Assembly: GCA_951406725.2 (NCBI GenBank)
Contig: OX597834.1
Coordinates: forward strand, 43,586,001 to 43,650,000
DNA from: Octopus vulgaris
Taxonomy: Eukaryota
DNA: 64,000 nt
Direction: 5' to 3'
The stretch's first letter is position 1, and every line of letters begins with the position of its first letter. Shown here in pieces: positions 26,316 to 38,920 of this stretch. A program made the position numbers and the translations under genes. The notes beneath the pieces are model-generated. The model searched no databases and was not told where the DNA came from. It saw nothing but the letters and a program-made list of their open reading frames with translations.

Positions 26316-26900
26316 TTAATAAATTAATAACCTTCCATTATGCAAATTCACATTTGTAATGAAAATAAATAATTAAATAAACTACTTATTTTAACGACAC
26401 TGATAATTAGATTATGTAAAATACACCAAATGTAAAATGTAGTGGCGAGTCTAAAGAAGCGCAGTGTTGTAAAAATTTCGGACTGTTTCGGTTTTATTCG
26501 CTCTCATCAATGAAACTTCGTCTACAGGTGAAATTTTAATTAAAAAACGTTCGCTTTTCTATTGGTTTTTCCGTGCAGCAGGTAAAAAGTTTCACAACAT
26601 CATGTAAATGCTGAAATGCGAGCAGCGAAATTGCCCTCAAGCATTTCTCATGATAAGAGACTTTCACAGAATTATATTCGAAATGAATCGCAGCGTTTCT
26701 CTGTGTGTCATTTATGCTACTATTTTACTTTCCACAAGATGCGTTCGAGGCTACTGCTTCTACAATTTCCATTACGGAACGCCAAAAAAAATACTCCCAG
26801 CAACCTCTTTAACATAAACAAGAGAAAATGGAAAACACTCTGACTATGGAAGGAAATCGAAGACATACTGGAAATGTTGGACACAATGAGGTCCAACTAT

Positions 26901-27050
26901 GGCTGCATGGTTTAGTAGGTGATTTTCCAGTCGAGTTGTTTCTGGGTCAGTACCGTGCGCTTCACTTTGGACAAGGGTCTTCTACTGGAGCCTCGGGTGG
27001 CTTAATGCCATGTGAGGGGATTTAGTTCGCGAAAACTAAGTGATAGTCCG
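26901..27050 (+). mobile_element. SINE family A, highly diverged 5' half
   Basis: CACTTTGGACAAGGGTCTTCTACTGGAGCCTCGGG...TGTGAGGGGATTTAGT followed by (TA)n. Confidence 0.65.
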
Positions 27051-27055
27051 AAGTA

Positions 27056-27108
<53 letters not shown>

Positions 27109-27129
27109 ATGTATGTATGTATGTATATA

Positions 27130-27324
27130 CTTTTATTCTTTTATTCCTTTTACGCGTTGCAGTGATTAGCCTGCGGCCATGTCGAACAAATCGACACCAG
27201 CAATTTTCGTTCTGTTTTTGCCGAACCGCTAAGTTACAGGGAAGCAAACACGCCAACACCGGTTGCCAAGCGGTAATGGGGGTACAAATACAGACACAAA
27301 GACACACACACATGCATACACACA

Positions 27325-27383
<59 letters not shown>

Positions 27384-27548
27384 CTGAAAGGCTTCTCTCA
27401 GTATCCGTCTAGCAAATCCGTTCGCAAGTCTTTGGTCGGACCGAGACTATAGTGGAAGACGCTTGTCCAGGTTGCCACGCTGTGAGACTGAACTCGGAAC
27501 CATGTGGTTGGCAATTAAGCTTCTTACCACGCAGCTACTGTCGGCGCC
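27130..27548 (-). mobile_element. SINE family A, diverged near-full copy
   Basis: GCCGAACCGCTAAGTTAC, an internal (CA)n(TA)n tract, and GGAACCATGTGGTTGG..AAGCTTCTTACCAC. Confidence 0.85.
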
Positions 27549-27594
27549 CATAACATCAGCAGCATCATCATCAGGACCATCAGCACCCCTTCCG

Positions 27595-27993
27595 TTACCT
27601 CCTCCCACTACTTTACCTTCTGCTCCTACTCTTACTTTTACTCCCACTCTTCCCTCCGCTACCCCTCCTTCTCCTTTCCTCCCCATACCACTTTTCCTTC
27701 ATCCTCCTACTCTTACTCTTCCTCCACTTACTCCTCCACTTCCCGTTCCTACTCCTCATTCTCCTTTCCTCCTCATACTACTAATTTTCCTTGTCCTCCT
27801 CCACTTCTATCTCCTCCTTTCCTTCACCCCTCCTCCTCCTCCTACTACTACTACTACTAATACTACTACTACCACTACTACTACTTCTACTACGACTGCT
27901 GCCAATACTACTACTACTACTTCTACTACTACTACTACTAACACTGCCACTACTAATACTACTGCTACTAACACTGCTGCTGCTGCTACTGCG

Positions 27994-28028
<35 letters not shown>

Positions 28029-28045
28029 AATTGCTAAAACTACTG
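27595..28045. repeat. (CCT)n/(CTA)n low-complexity tract
   Basis: Directly visible; source of the Pro/Thr-rich ORF. Confidence 0.85.
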
Positions 28046-28169
28046 CTATCGTTGATAAAAGAAGTCATTTCTGATTTGTTCTGTGAGATACAGAACAAAT
28101 CTGAAATGACTTCTTTCCATCGCCATATTTTTCACTGTTTTTTGTTTTAAACTGTTGCTACTGATGCCG

Positions 28170-28201
<32 letters not shown>

Positions 28202-28790
28202 GCTATCGTTGACGTTGTTGTTGTCATTCTTGTTGCTTATTGTTGTAGAATTGTCCATGCTGTTGAGAATAAACTACCGCTATTTTTATCGTTGTCGCAT
28301 TTATTTTATTTAAATTGTCATGTTTTCTTCTTCCTCTTCTACCTTCTTCTTTTTCTCTTTCTTTTTTTTTTTTTCCTTTTTCTTCAAGGTTTCTTGATAC
28401 TAAATATGAACCAAGCAAATAATCTGCAAAAAGGAAAACGAAAGAAACAATGGATCGATCGTATCAAAAGAAAATATAATTTCTTTACCAAACGAATAGC
28501 AAAATAATATTTGAAAAAAAAAAGAAAGAAAGAAATATATAAAATTGAGCCAAATTAATAGAAAAAAGTAGACTAAAAAATTAACTAGAAAATAATTCAG
28601 AAAATCTGATCAACTAATTATAATTAAGTCCATTTGAAAATGAGTTGGTAAATGAAGTTCAAATTTGTTCGATTTTTTTTACTTCTCAGGTGTAAGTTCA
28701 TTGACCTTCGTTATGTTCACACTACATCTGACGTGTTTGAGTTGAAAACAGACAGTCACCGCTCTCTCTCTCTCTCTCTCTCTGCTTCCA

Positions 28791-28843
<53 letters not shown>

Positions 28844-28990
28844 CTCTTTCTCTCCCTTTCTCTCTTCTGCAGTGGATGAGCTAATTAATAATATGGTTTC
28901 TATTAGCTAGCTACAACGCTTTACATTAACATACTTGCGCTTACTTATTAGACCAGTGTCTCTCACACCCTCTCTTTCTCTCCCTATGTA

Positions 28991-29031
<41 letters not shown>

Positions 29032-29051
29032 ATTCCTAAGGTATTTTTCGA

Positions 29052-29135
<84 letters not shown>

Positions 29136-29136
29136 C

Positions 29137-29277
29137 AAGGTGTCTTGGGGAACCTAGGTTCGAAAAGTCCCCAAGACACCTGATGAAGGCTGGAGGGCAT
29201 ATCAGCCGAAACGTTGTGTTAACAACACACAAGATGAGGACAAATATCCGCCAAATGTAAATAATGTAAATAATGTA
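29137..29277 (+). mobile_element. Short Penelope-like terminal-repeat fragment next to (TTA)n
   Basis: Carries the hammerhead above, ends in AATGTAAAT repeats and is flanked by microsatellite. The class is inferred only from the ribozyme type. Confidence 0.5.
29175..29220 (+). ncRNA. Minimal type I hammerhead ribozyme with intact core
   Basis: Stem I GACAC/GTGTT, core CTGATGA (29180-29186) plus one extra A, stem II GGCTG/CAGCC, GAAA, palindromic ACGT helix III, cleavage triplet GTT ending at 29215. Confidence 0.75.
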
Positions 29278-29519
29278 TATATTTATATATCTCCATTTTC
29301 TCGTCTTTCTGTGGGACCACCAGTGGGTAATCTTTAGATGTGTGACAGTCTAAGTGTGCAATCGTGACACAGGTTTCCGCAAAAGTTTCGTCTATTTCAT
29401 TTCACTCATAGGTTATAAGAGAAAACATTCAACCACGTCGTTCATATTGGAGTCTTGATAAGTTACGATAAATATATCTAAACTAGGAAGAATCTGAGTG
29501 TTAGCGAAATATTTTAAAC

Positions 29520-29638
29520 ATAGAATAAGTACTAGGTTTACAAAGAATAAGTTCTGGGGTCGATTTGCTCGACTAAAGGCTGTGCTCCAGCATGGTAAAA
29601 GTCAAATGACTGAAACAAGTAAAAGAGTAAAAGAGTAA
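29520..29638 (+). mobile_element. SINE family A 3' fragment
   Basis: TAGAATAAGTACTAGG...GACTGAAACAAGTAAAAGAGTAAAAGAGTA. Confidence 0.88.
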
Positions 29639-30342
29639 ATCTTTATGGTTAATAATTCTGTGACGGTGGCTGTTTTAAGGCACTTTTTCTTAGCTCTAAA
29701 TATCGGTAGAAAATGCATGAAAACCACCGTCCAAATTTCTTCCACTGAAGTAATATTTTGTTTTGTTTCATAAGATGTGTGAAGAACAGCGTAGAATGCG
29801 AGGCAAGAACCGAATTAATTGAATTCACTAACCAAATTGAATTCCCGACTGGATACATTTTCAATCACATACTCAACGAAATCTTTTGGGAGAAATATAT
29901 ACGACAAATAGTCTCGTTCGTTGTCTCTTTAATATGCTGTCTTGTTTCTGTGTAAGAAAGTAATATTGTGAACGAAAGTGATTGGTTTAGATGTTGATTT
30001 TTGTAATATCCCTCGAATACACATCAATGTGGCATAGCATTCTATTTACTTTGTGTATATAATCTATGGCATTAATATCAAGCCAAATGGAAACGACGTA
30101 GAAGAGAAGAATGAACAGGTTAGACACAAGTTGCAATTGCAAATATATAGAATTCGACAACGCTGTTTCAATCCTAGGGTGAATGACATCAAGGTCGATT
30201 CTGAATCGGTATTGGGAATCAGGAAGTTAAAATTAAAAGTACACACGTGGAAAGGAGAGTGGAGTATTAACATAATGATGAGTTCTGGTCAAAACTGGTA
30301 AGGGAGACAATATTGAAATTTTATTTAGTTAAATTAAACATC

Positions 30343-30517
30343 GGCGTAGGAGTGGCTGTGTGGTAAGTAGGTTGCTTACCAACCGCATGGTTCAGGGTTC
30401 AGTCCCACTGCGTGTCACCTTGGGCAAGTGTCTTCTACTATAGCCTCGGGCCAACCAAAGCCTTGTGAGTGGATTTAGTAGACGGAAACTCAAAGAAGCC
30501 CGTCGTATATATGTATG

Positions 30518-30551
<34 letters not shown>

Positions 30552-30832
30552 TGTATGTATGTTTGTATGTATGTATGTATATATATAAGTATGTATATAT
30601 ATATATGTGTGTGTATGTTTGTGTGTCTGTGTTTGTCGCCCCAACATCGCTTGACAACCGATGGTAATGTGTTTACGTCCCCGTAACTTAGCGTTTCGGC
30701 AAAAAGAGACCGATAGAAAAAGTACTAGGTTTAAAAAGAATAAGTCCTGGGGTCGATTTGCTCGACTTAAGGCGGTGCTCCAGCATGGCTGCAGTCAAAT
30801 GACTGAAACAAGTAAAAAGAGTAAAAAGAGTA
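30343..30832 (+). mobile_element. SINE family A, full length
   Basis: GGCGTAGGAGTGGCTGTGTGGTAAG head, long internal (TATG)n, AAAAAGAGT tail. Confidence 0.92.
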
Positions 30833-31440
30833 TAGAATATAAGCAATGTAACATTATTTGATTTATATAGTATAGAGATCATCTTTACCCAATTTCTCAA
30901 GTCTTTCACGTCTTGTAGTTATTTCGCTTCCTCCAGTTGTCCTCTTCTTAAGACATTGAACCATTAAAACAACTTCGGAGATTCTTTATCATTCGTCTTT
31001 TTTAAGAAATAGCAGGCAAGTCTGTATCAAAACTAATATTCAATTTCTGGTGGGGAAAATGGGGTCACAGTCGATAACTGTTGTTTTGGAAGCAACAGAT
31101 TTAGTTGGTGAACAGTAGGTTAATGAATGGAAAACTTTCGATCTGTTATGTTAATCAGCGTTACTCGGGGTCTGAATGAAGATGGCAACCATAGTGTGAT
31201 ATTGCAAAATATAGTTTCCAGCAAACTGCGCACAAATTACGGTCAAATTGAAGCTGCAACACAGCTTCGTTCCTTCTTTAAGGCAATTTCAGTTTCATTC
31301 AATTACCAAAGGCCATTGACGAAAATTCAGATTTGCTCTTTAAATGAAATACGGGATTATGGTACCAAGTCAAGAAATAAACAAAATGGAAGTCTAAAAA
31401 GGAATTGGATTAATTTTGCTTGGATAAATTGTAGCCTAGT

Positions 31441-31579
31441 TTATTCAAAGCAGCAGCCCTCAGCTATAACCACGGCCTCAAGATGGCTCTGGAAACATGC
31501 ATTCGTTACTGTGTCCAGGACAAGATCTTCGAACACCTCCTTCACCTTGGCCATCTACCACGCCCCACACACAGAGGGG
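31441..31579 (-). pseudogene. C-terminal remnant of a Tc1/mariner (DD37D/maT-like) transposase
   Basis: Minus strand gives PLCVWGVVD, then after a frame change MAKVKEVFEDLVLDTVTNACFQSHLEAVVIAEGCCFE* (31554-31441). This resembles the NPLDY.VWG ... ACxxFRxRLEAVVxAxGGxFE ending of these transposases. Confidence 0.7.
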
Positions 31580-32347
31580 CTCAGCTATGCCTTGTGATGA
31601 CGGTATTTTATACATGTCATCCTTTAATTAACATAATTTTAATTACGAAAGGATTTTTGTCTAATAAATCCGAAATAGGAAATGGTATATAGACTACTTA
31701 ATCGTAGACATATGGGTTACATCGCCCGAAAATAAGCAACTTCCATCAAAATAGGGGAAAAGGACACAGGCTATTTGTCTCCAGGCTTAGAGAAGTACTG
31801 TAGCTTAATTACACTAAAAATCAGGAAGGTGGGAAAGGACTACCAAGCCCCCAAAATAGGGGATTAGTATAAACAAACAGGGAAGAGAGTCTAATTATTG
31901 AAACCGACATGGAGACGAGAGACGGGGAGATAAACAAGTTGCCATACGCCATTTCGCCCCAAAGAAAGAAGGAGCCGTATGCTAGAAAACACCAGAGCGA
32001 TAAACAAGTAATTTAGCCTAACGAGAGCGAGAAGCTGTTCTGGTGTAAACAAGGAGAGATTTATTTTTTTTATCCCGCTCATGACGTCATTCAACTCCGT
32101 CCATATGCACTTAACTGACAGAAATGATTGTCATTGCGTAAGGTGTGTATAGTCAAATTAATTATTTTATATTTTACTTTAGCACTGATAATGTTGCTTT
32201 CAATACAATGTGCGATGTGTTTGTCTTTATTAAGCTGGTTCTTACAGACTTCGTAAATGATTTCCTGTTTACTTGGTAACACGTTTCAATCGGATATATA
32301 TGTCTGACTGTACGCTGTAGGTTTCCGTGCTTGAGTGTAACTCCTTG

Positions 32348-32400
<53 letters not shown>

Positions 32401-32638
32401 GCTCACACACACGAAAGCAGAGACGCGCACGCATACACACATACTTTAGAGAGAAATATATTTGTAAGAACTCGTACATATGTGTGTGCGTATATGTATA
32501 TATATATATATATGTGCGTGTGTATGTGTAAGTGTGTGTATATATATATGTATATATATGTGGGTGTGTGTGTATATGTAAATATATATATGTGACGGGG
32601 TGTGTGTGTATATGTATATATATATATGTATATATTTT

Positions 32639-32692
<54 letters not shown>

Positions 32693-32781
32693 AATATATG
32701 TAAATATATATGTATAGACATATATGTATTTATATATGTATATATATATATACATATATATATATACGTATATATATATAA

Positions 32782-33120
32782 AAGGGTAAAGACCCCCTTC
32801 GGTCAGGCACTGACCATGGGTTTGCACCTAGAGAGATACCCTCTGAGTCACAAGTCTGGGCAAGGTTGTTTTATGGAAGACCAGCAGTCACCCATGCATA
32901 CCGGCCTCCCTCTCCACGTCACCGATGTTGTCCAAGGGAAAGGCAAGGGCCGATACAGCTTGGCACCTGTGACGTCGCAACTCATTTCTATAGCTGAGTG
33001 AACTGGAGCAACGTGAAATAAAGTGCCTTGCTCAAGAACACAACACGCAGCCCCGTCCGGGATTCGAGTTCACAACCTCACGATCGTAAGCTCGACGCTC
33101 TAACCACTGAGCCATGCGCC

Positions 33121-33123
<3 letters not shown>
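32782..33123 (-). mobile_element. SINE family D, full length (tRNA head plus CORE-like segment)
   Basis: Minus strand: AAGGCGCATGGCTCAGTGGTTAGAGCG (A box), AACTCGAATCCC (B box), GTGTTCTTGAGCAAGGCACTTTATTTCACGTTGCTCCAG, tail GGGGGTCTTTACCCTTT. Inserted in (TA)n. Confidence 0.85.
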
Positions 33124-33209
<86 letters not shown>

Positions 33210-33270
33210 ATAGATAGATAGATAGATAGATAGATGGATGGATGGATGTATATATATTCATTTATTTCAT

Positions 33271-33527
33271 TTCTTTACTTGTTTCAATCATGTGACTGCG
33301 GCCATGCTGCAGCACCGTGTTTAGTCGAACAAATCGACTCCAGGTTTTATTCTTTGTAAGCCTAGTACTTATTCTATCGGATTCAGCCGCCGAACCGGAA
33401 ATTTACGGGGATGTAAACACGCCAACATCGGTTGTCAAGCGATGTTGCGGTATAAACACGGATACACACCCACACCCACACACACACACACATATATCTA
33501 TCTATCTATATATATATATATATATAC

Positions 33528-33571
<44 letters not shown>

Positions 33572-33731
33572 CGGGCTTCTTTCAGTTTCTGTCTACCAGA
33601 TCCACTCACAAGGCTTTAGTCGGTCCGAGACTATAGTTGAAGACACTCGCCCGAGGTGCCACGCAGTAGGACTGAACCCGGAACGATGTGGTTGGGAAGC
33701 AAGCTTCTTACGACGCATCCACTCCTGCGCC
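33271..33731 (-). mobile_element. SINE family A, full length
   Basis: Matches 10432-10831 throughout, with an expanded internal tract. Confidence 0.9.
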
Positions 33732-33745
33732 TATATGTATCAGTA

Positions 33746-33805
<60 letters not shown>

Positions 33806-34011
33806 AACGTATATATGTATATATGTATGTATATATGTATACACACATAACGTATGTGTGTGTAGATAAACACATGCATTCGTAGGTCCTTAGTTATATG
33901 TCCATATCTATACGGGAATGTATATACGCAGATATGCATTCATTTATACATATATACGTTTATGCATATTTAAAGATATGATTTATACATATTATGGCAC
34001 GTAATATATGA

Positions 34012-34057
<46 letters not shown>

Positions 34058-34075
34058 CATATATATATATATATA

Positions 34076-34393
<318 letters not shown>

Positions 34394-34751
34394 TTTTGTT
34401 GTTCTGTAATGAGGAAACGTGTAAACTATGTAATATTTATGAAATCATGTAATTCTTACACCGAGCTTATTTCAGTCAGTGCGACTGCTTCAATTTTCGT
34501 TAATGAGTAATTATTGATAGTGATCAGCATTTTACACGTTTCGCTTGAATTGCGAATATTTCGTTAGCCTGATGGAAGCAGATGAATTGAAATAACGCCT
34601 GATTGCGGATAGTCAAACAAAACGAAAAATAGTAAAAAAAACTTCACTGATCATTAACGATAAAGTGTAGTCGACAACTTCACTATATTGGTGTGAACTG
34701 TTTACTAGAAACGGTATGTAGACATACGTAGAATCATATATGCATACATAA

Positions 34752-34828
<77 letters not shown>

Positions 34829-34910
34829 TACATACATATATATATATACATGTATATATATATGTATATATATATATATACACACACACACATACATACA
34901 AAGACAAACA

Positions 34911-34972
<62 letters not shown>

Positions 34973-35608
34973 TATACATGTGTGTGTGAGGATATGTGTA
35001 TTGAAACACATTGAGCGCTGCAAATCAACTGTAATGGCGAACAACGACGATTGATTTTTCAACGAAATATATTTGTATTTTTTATTTATAATTTTTTTTT
35101 TTTTTTACGTTTTGCAGTTTGATGTTATAGGGATATATTTAAGTATGTATCTGTATGTGTATGCGTGTGTGTGTGTGTGTGTGTGAGTGTATAGGTGTGT
35201 GTATGTATGTGTCTAAATTCATACATATAGACAGGCATGTATATATAGATTGATAAATTTCGATACAGGGAAAGATAGACTCATAGGAATGTTTATCAAT
35301 ATCTATATATATATATATATATGTATGTGTTTGTGTGTGTGTGTATGTATGTACGTATATATATGTATGTATATATATATACATATACATCCATATAATT
35401 CAACATGCTCACACTTACATGCATGCGCACACACATGCACACAAACACACATACACACATACACAAACACACGCATAAATACATATAGGAAGAATCAACT
35501 AGAGTGGATGCAAGCGCTAATATATGATTTATAAAAACTTGTGACATATTAGTAAAAATCTGTAAATATAAAACCATCCAGATTTTTGAGTACCTTATTT
35601 CTTCTAAC

Positions 35609-35677
<69 letters not shown>

Positions 35678-35742
35678 CATACATATATACATACATACAT
35701 ACATACATACATACATACATACATACATACATACATACATAC

Positions 35743-35773
<31 letters not shown>

Positions 35774-36619
35774 CATACATAATCCGTGGTCTCTTGGTCG
35801 ACCAAACTGTCGGACCATGGGCCTTCTGGGTTTTAACAATAATGAAGGAATCATTTCACATATCTTATGTCTGAAATCATTTGAGGGGTTTTGTTATTTG
35901 CTAACCACATCAAAATATGAGCATTCCTTCAACTCCGTCTTCACAGTTCTTTCGTATATATATTTGTGTGTATCTGTATGTGCGTGTATAGTATGTATGC
36001 ATGTATATATGTATGTATATATGAATGCGTTACCTGATCGCTCTAGATATTTGGCACCCAATAACGAAATCCATCATCTTGACAGTTTAAATGGATAAAA
36101 ATCCCTGACTCTGGGATCCTGGTTGAGGCTATGTATTTGGCCTGCAATTATTCCTTCGTGAATTAGTTTCTATTTGTAGATTTAAGTAAAAGTGATTAAG
36201 GATGCCGGGTGGTCGAGAAGGCAAAACATATGTCATTGCAATGTTAGAATCATTTCGACGTTAGAAACAATGATTTATGCAAATCTCTCATAAAAAGAAA
36301 CACTTCATTTGGTTCAGACCGAAAACTTAACGCGCAGACGTAAAATTTGGCTTTACGCTTATATTAATGAAATTCAGCTCGGATGTCGCTTAGATGCGAT
36401 GAAGTATTTTAACAGTGGAGTGCTACACGTAACAAGCATTCTGTGAACAGTGACAGAGAGGGAGAGAGAGCAAGAAAGAGGAGAAGGAAGGTAAAAGAGT
36501 GAAGGATAACTCTCAATTAGTGAGACTGGAAGAGGGAAAGGCTTTCAGTGAGGAACAGGGAGAGGGGTAAAATATATTAGTAAAACACTGTTGTGGCCTG
36601 AGTGAAGGGTAATGGCTAC

Positions 36620-36820
36620 ATACTTTTTATTTTATTTGTTTATTTGTTTCAGTCATTTGACTGCGGCCATGCTGAAGCACCGCCTTTAGTCGAGCAAATC
36701 GACCCCCAGGACGTATTTTTTGTATCGGTCTCTGTTGCCGAACCGCTAAGCGACAGGGACGTAAACACACCAACATCGGTTGTCAAGCAATGTTGGGGGA
36801 ACAAACAGAGACACACAAAC

Positions 36821-36822
<2 letters not shown>
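36620..36822 (-). mobile_element. SINE family A, 3' half
   Basis: TTTCAGTCATTTGACTGCGGCCATGCTG...GGTTGTCAAGCAATGTTGGGGGAACAAACA. Confidence 0.88.
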
Positions 36823-36899
<77 letters not shown>

Positions 36900-37012
36900 C
36901 ATATATATAAAGGCGGCGTGCTGGCAGGTGGTGCTATTAAGTTAGACATGGCCTGGACCAATCATTGGTCGAAACATATCTAAGTTTATCTAAGTTTATA
37001 TACATACATACA

Positions 37013-37096
<84 letters not shown>

Positions 37097-37409
37097 AGAA
37101 TTTCTTTTATCCGTTACATTTCTCAAACCAAACTGAGAGTCAATCCTTTTCCTGAGGTAACTTATAATTACTGTTAATTCTTTAATTGTATCCAATGTGT
37201 TTACAAAGCTTGGATTAGTTTTAATGGACGTTATTGGGTTCGTACAAAATACCTTAATGCACACGCACACAAACCATATCAACAAGTACTCACCCACCCA
37301 CCCGTCGACGACATCAACACATCATGACCCCCATCTCTATAATTACAGCTGGCTAGCTCAAGAGGCTAATATACCCCCTTTTTTGAAAGGCTATTTAGTC
37401 GTAGGGTTC

Positions 37410-37543
37410 CTATTTACAGCTGAGTGGACTGTAGCAGACCGAAAGTTAAGGTTTTACTTAAGACTATAAAGCGCTGCTCCGTCCAGGAATCGAAACCGCG
37501 ATCGCTTGTTCACGATCTCATCAACCTAGGCACTAAGCCACGC
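37410..37543 (-). mobile_element. Diverged family D-like SINE 5' part
   Basis: TATTTACAGCTGAGTGGACTG..GCA...GTCCAGGAATCGAAACC...CACTAAGCCACGC. Confidence 0.6.
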
Positions 37544-37889
37544 AAATATAATCAGACATATACACAGCAATGTATAGGTGTGTATATTTTATCCGCTATA
37601 CACTAATTAGGCATGAAAAACAGCATCATTTCATTATTTTAATTATGTTCCACTAAATAAACAATATTTTCCTTTGAACTTGCCGTCGGCGGTAATTATA
37701 GAGATGATGGTCATGGCTTTGTGTTGTTGTTGTTGTTGTTGTTGACGACGACTATGCAGGGCCTGGTGCGGGTGGCATCGGTGTCGTCCATGGTGCCGTT
37801 GGTGATCGTGGTATTGATGGTGGGAGTGAAGATATTTTTAAACGGTGACGACAAACGCCATAAGGAGGAAGAAGACGGTGTTAATGAAA

Positions 37890-37935
37890 ATGGTGATGAT
37901 GATGATGACGATGATGATGATGACGATGATGATGT

Positions 37936-37968
<33 letters not shown>

Positions 37969-38100
37969 CGATGATGATGTTGATGATGATGATGGTGATG
38001 ATGATGATGATGATGATGTTGATGATGATGATGATAATGACGACGATGATGTTGATGATAATGATGTTGATAATGATAATGACGATGATGATGTTGATGT

Positions 38101-38140
<40 letters not shown>
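37890..38140. repeat. (GAT)n microsatellite
   Basis: Directly visible. Confidence 0.95.
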
Positions 38141-38141
<1 letters not shown>

Positions 38142-38175
38142 ATAGTGTCCATGCTGAGGACTTGTGGTAAAGATG

Positions 38176-38208
<33 letters not shown>

Positions 38209-38624
38209 TCTCTTTATCACAGGTTTTGTTGGAGCTCCTGGTGTCTTACATGTGTAGATGAACCCCAGTGCTCAACACACTAATCACTATGCCACTCGCC
38301 TTCACATATTGAAAATATATATATACTCTACAAAGTTTCTAAGGAATTCTGCTAGTTCGGCATGGGGTGCTTAGATTGTGTTTGAATATCACCTGCGCGT
38401 AAACAGATAAATAGTACCGAAGAATAATATAATTTTTGTAAGAGTGTCCCTTTTAAGAAATAATGGTAATTAGGTCCTTAATGCACAGAAGAATAAATGC
38501 GGGATTCATAAGAGGGCCTTCTTTTAGATCAGTGTTTGTAGCCAGCTGATTCAATAGAGGTATGTGGTAGTCGATAAAATTTAAGCTGGTCATAAGACTT
38601 CAATATATTAGCAAATATTTTTGG

Positions 38625-38920
38625 GCCCTTTTCAAGCCTAGCCAGGCTCATGGGCCCGGATTCCCGGTTTCTGTGGCATATATGTTCCCCGCGGCAGGAC
38701 GGGACGGCAGTCCATCGCAGCGTTACTCAAGAAACAGGAAGAAAGAGTGAGAGAAAGTTGGGGCGAAAGAGTACAACAGGGGTCGCCACCACTCCCTGCC
38801 CGAGCCTCGTGGAGCTTTAGGTGTCTTCGCTCAATAAACACACACAATGCCCGGTCTGAGAATCGAAACCGCAATACCCCGACCGCGAGTCCGCTGCCCT
38901 AACCACTGGGCCATTGCACT
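38625..38920 (-). mobile_element. SINE family C, full length (tRNA-Arg(TCG)-like head, V-domain-like segment)
   Basis: Minus strand: TGGCCCAGTGGTTAGGGCAGCGGACTCGCGGTC...GGTTTCGATTCTC...CTGCGATGGACTGCCGTCCCGTCCTG...AGAAACCGGGA. Confidence 0.85.

Noticed and set aside
31127-31597. 156-aa non-repetitive ORF
   Set aside because: No recognisable motif, and its 3' part is the antisense of a transposase remnant.
38860-38915. tRNA-like heads (also near 22316, 33050-33120 and 59800)
   Set aside because: They have A and B boxes but no proper acceptor stem, and they belong to SINE families. They are not tRNA genes.
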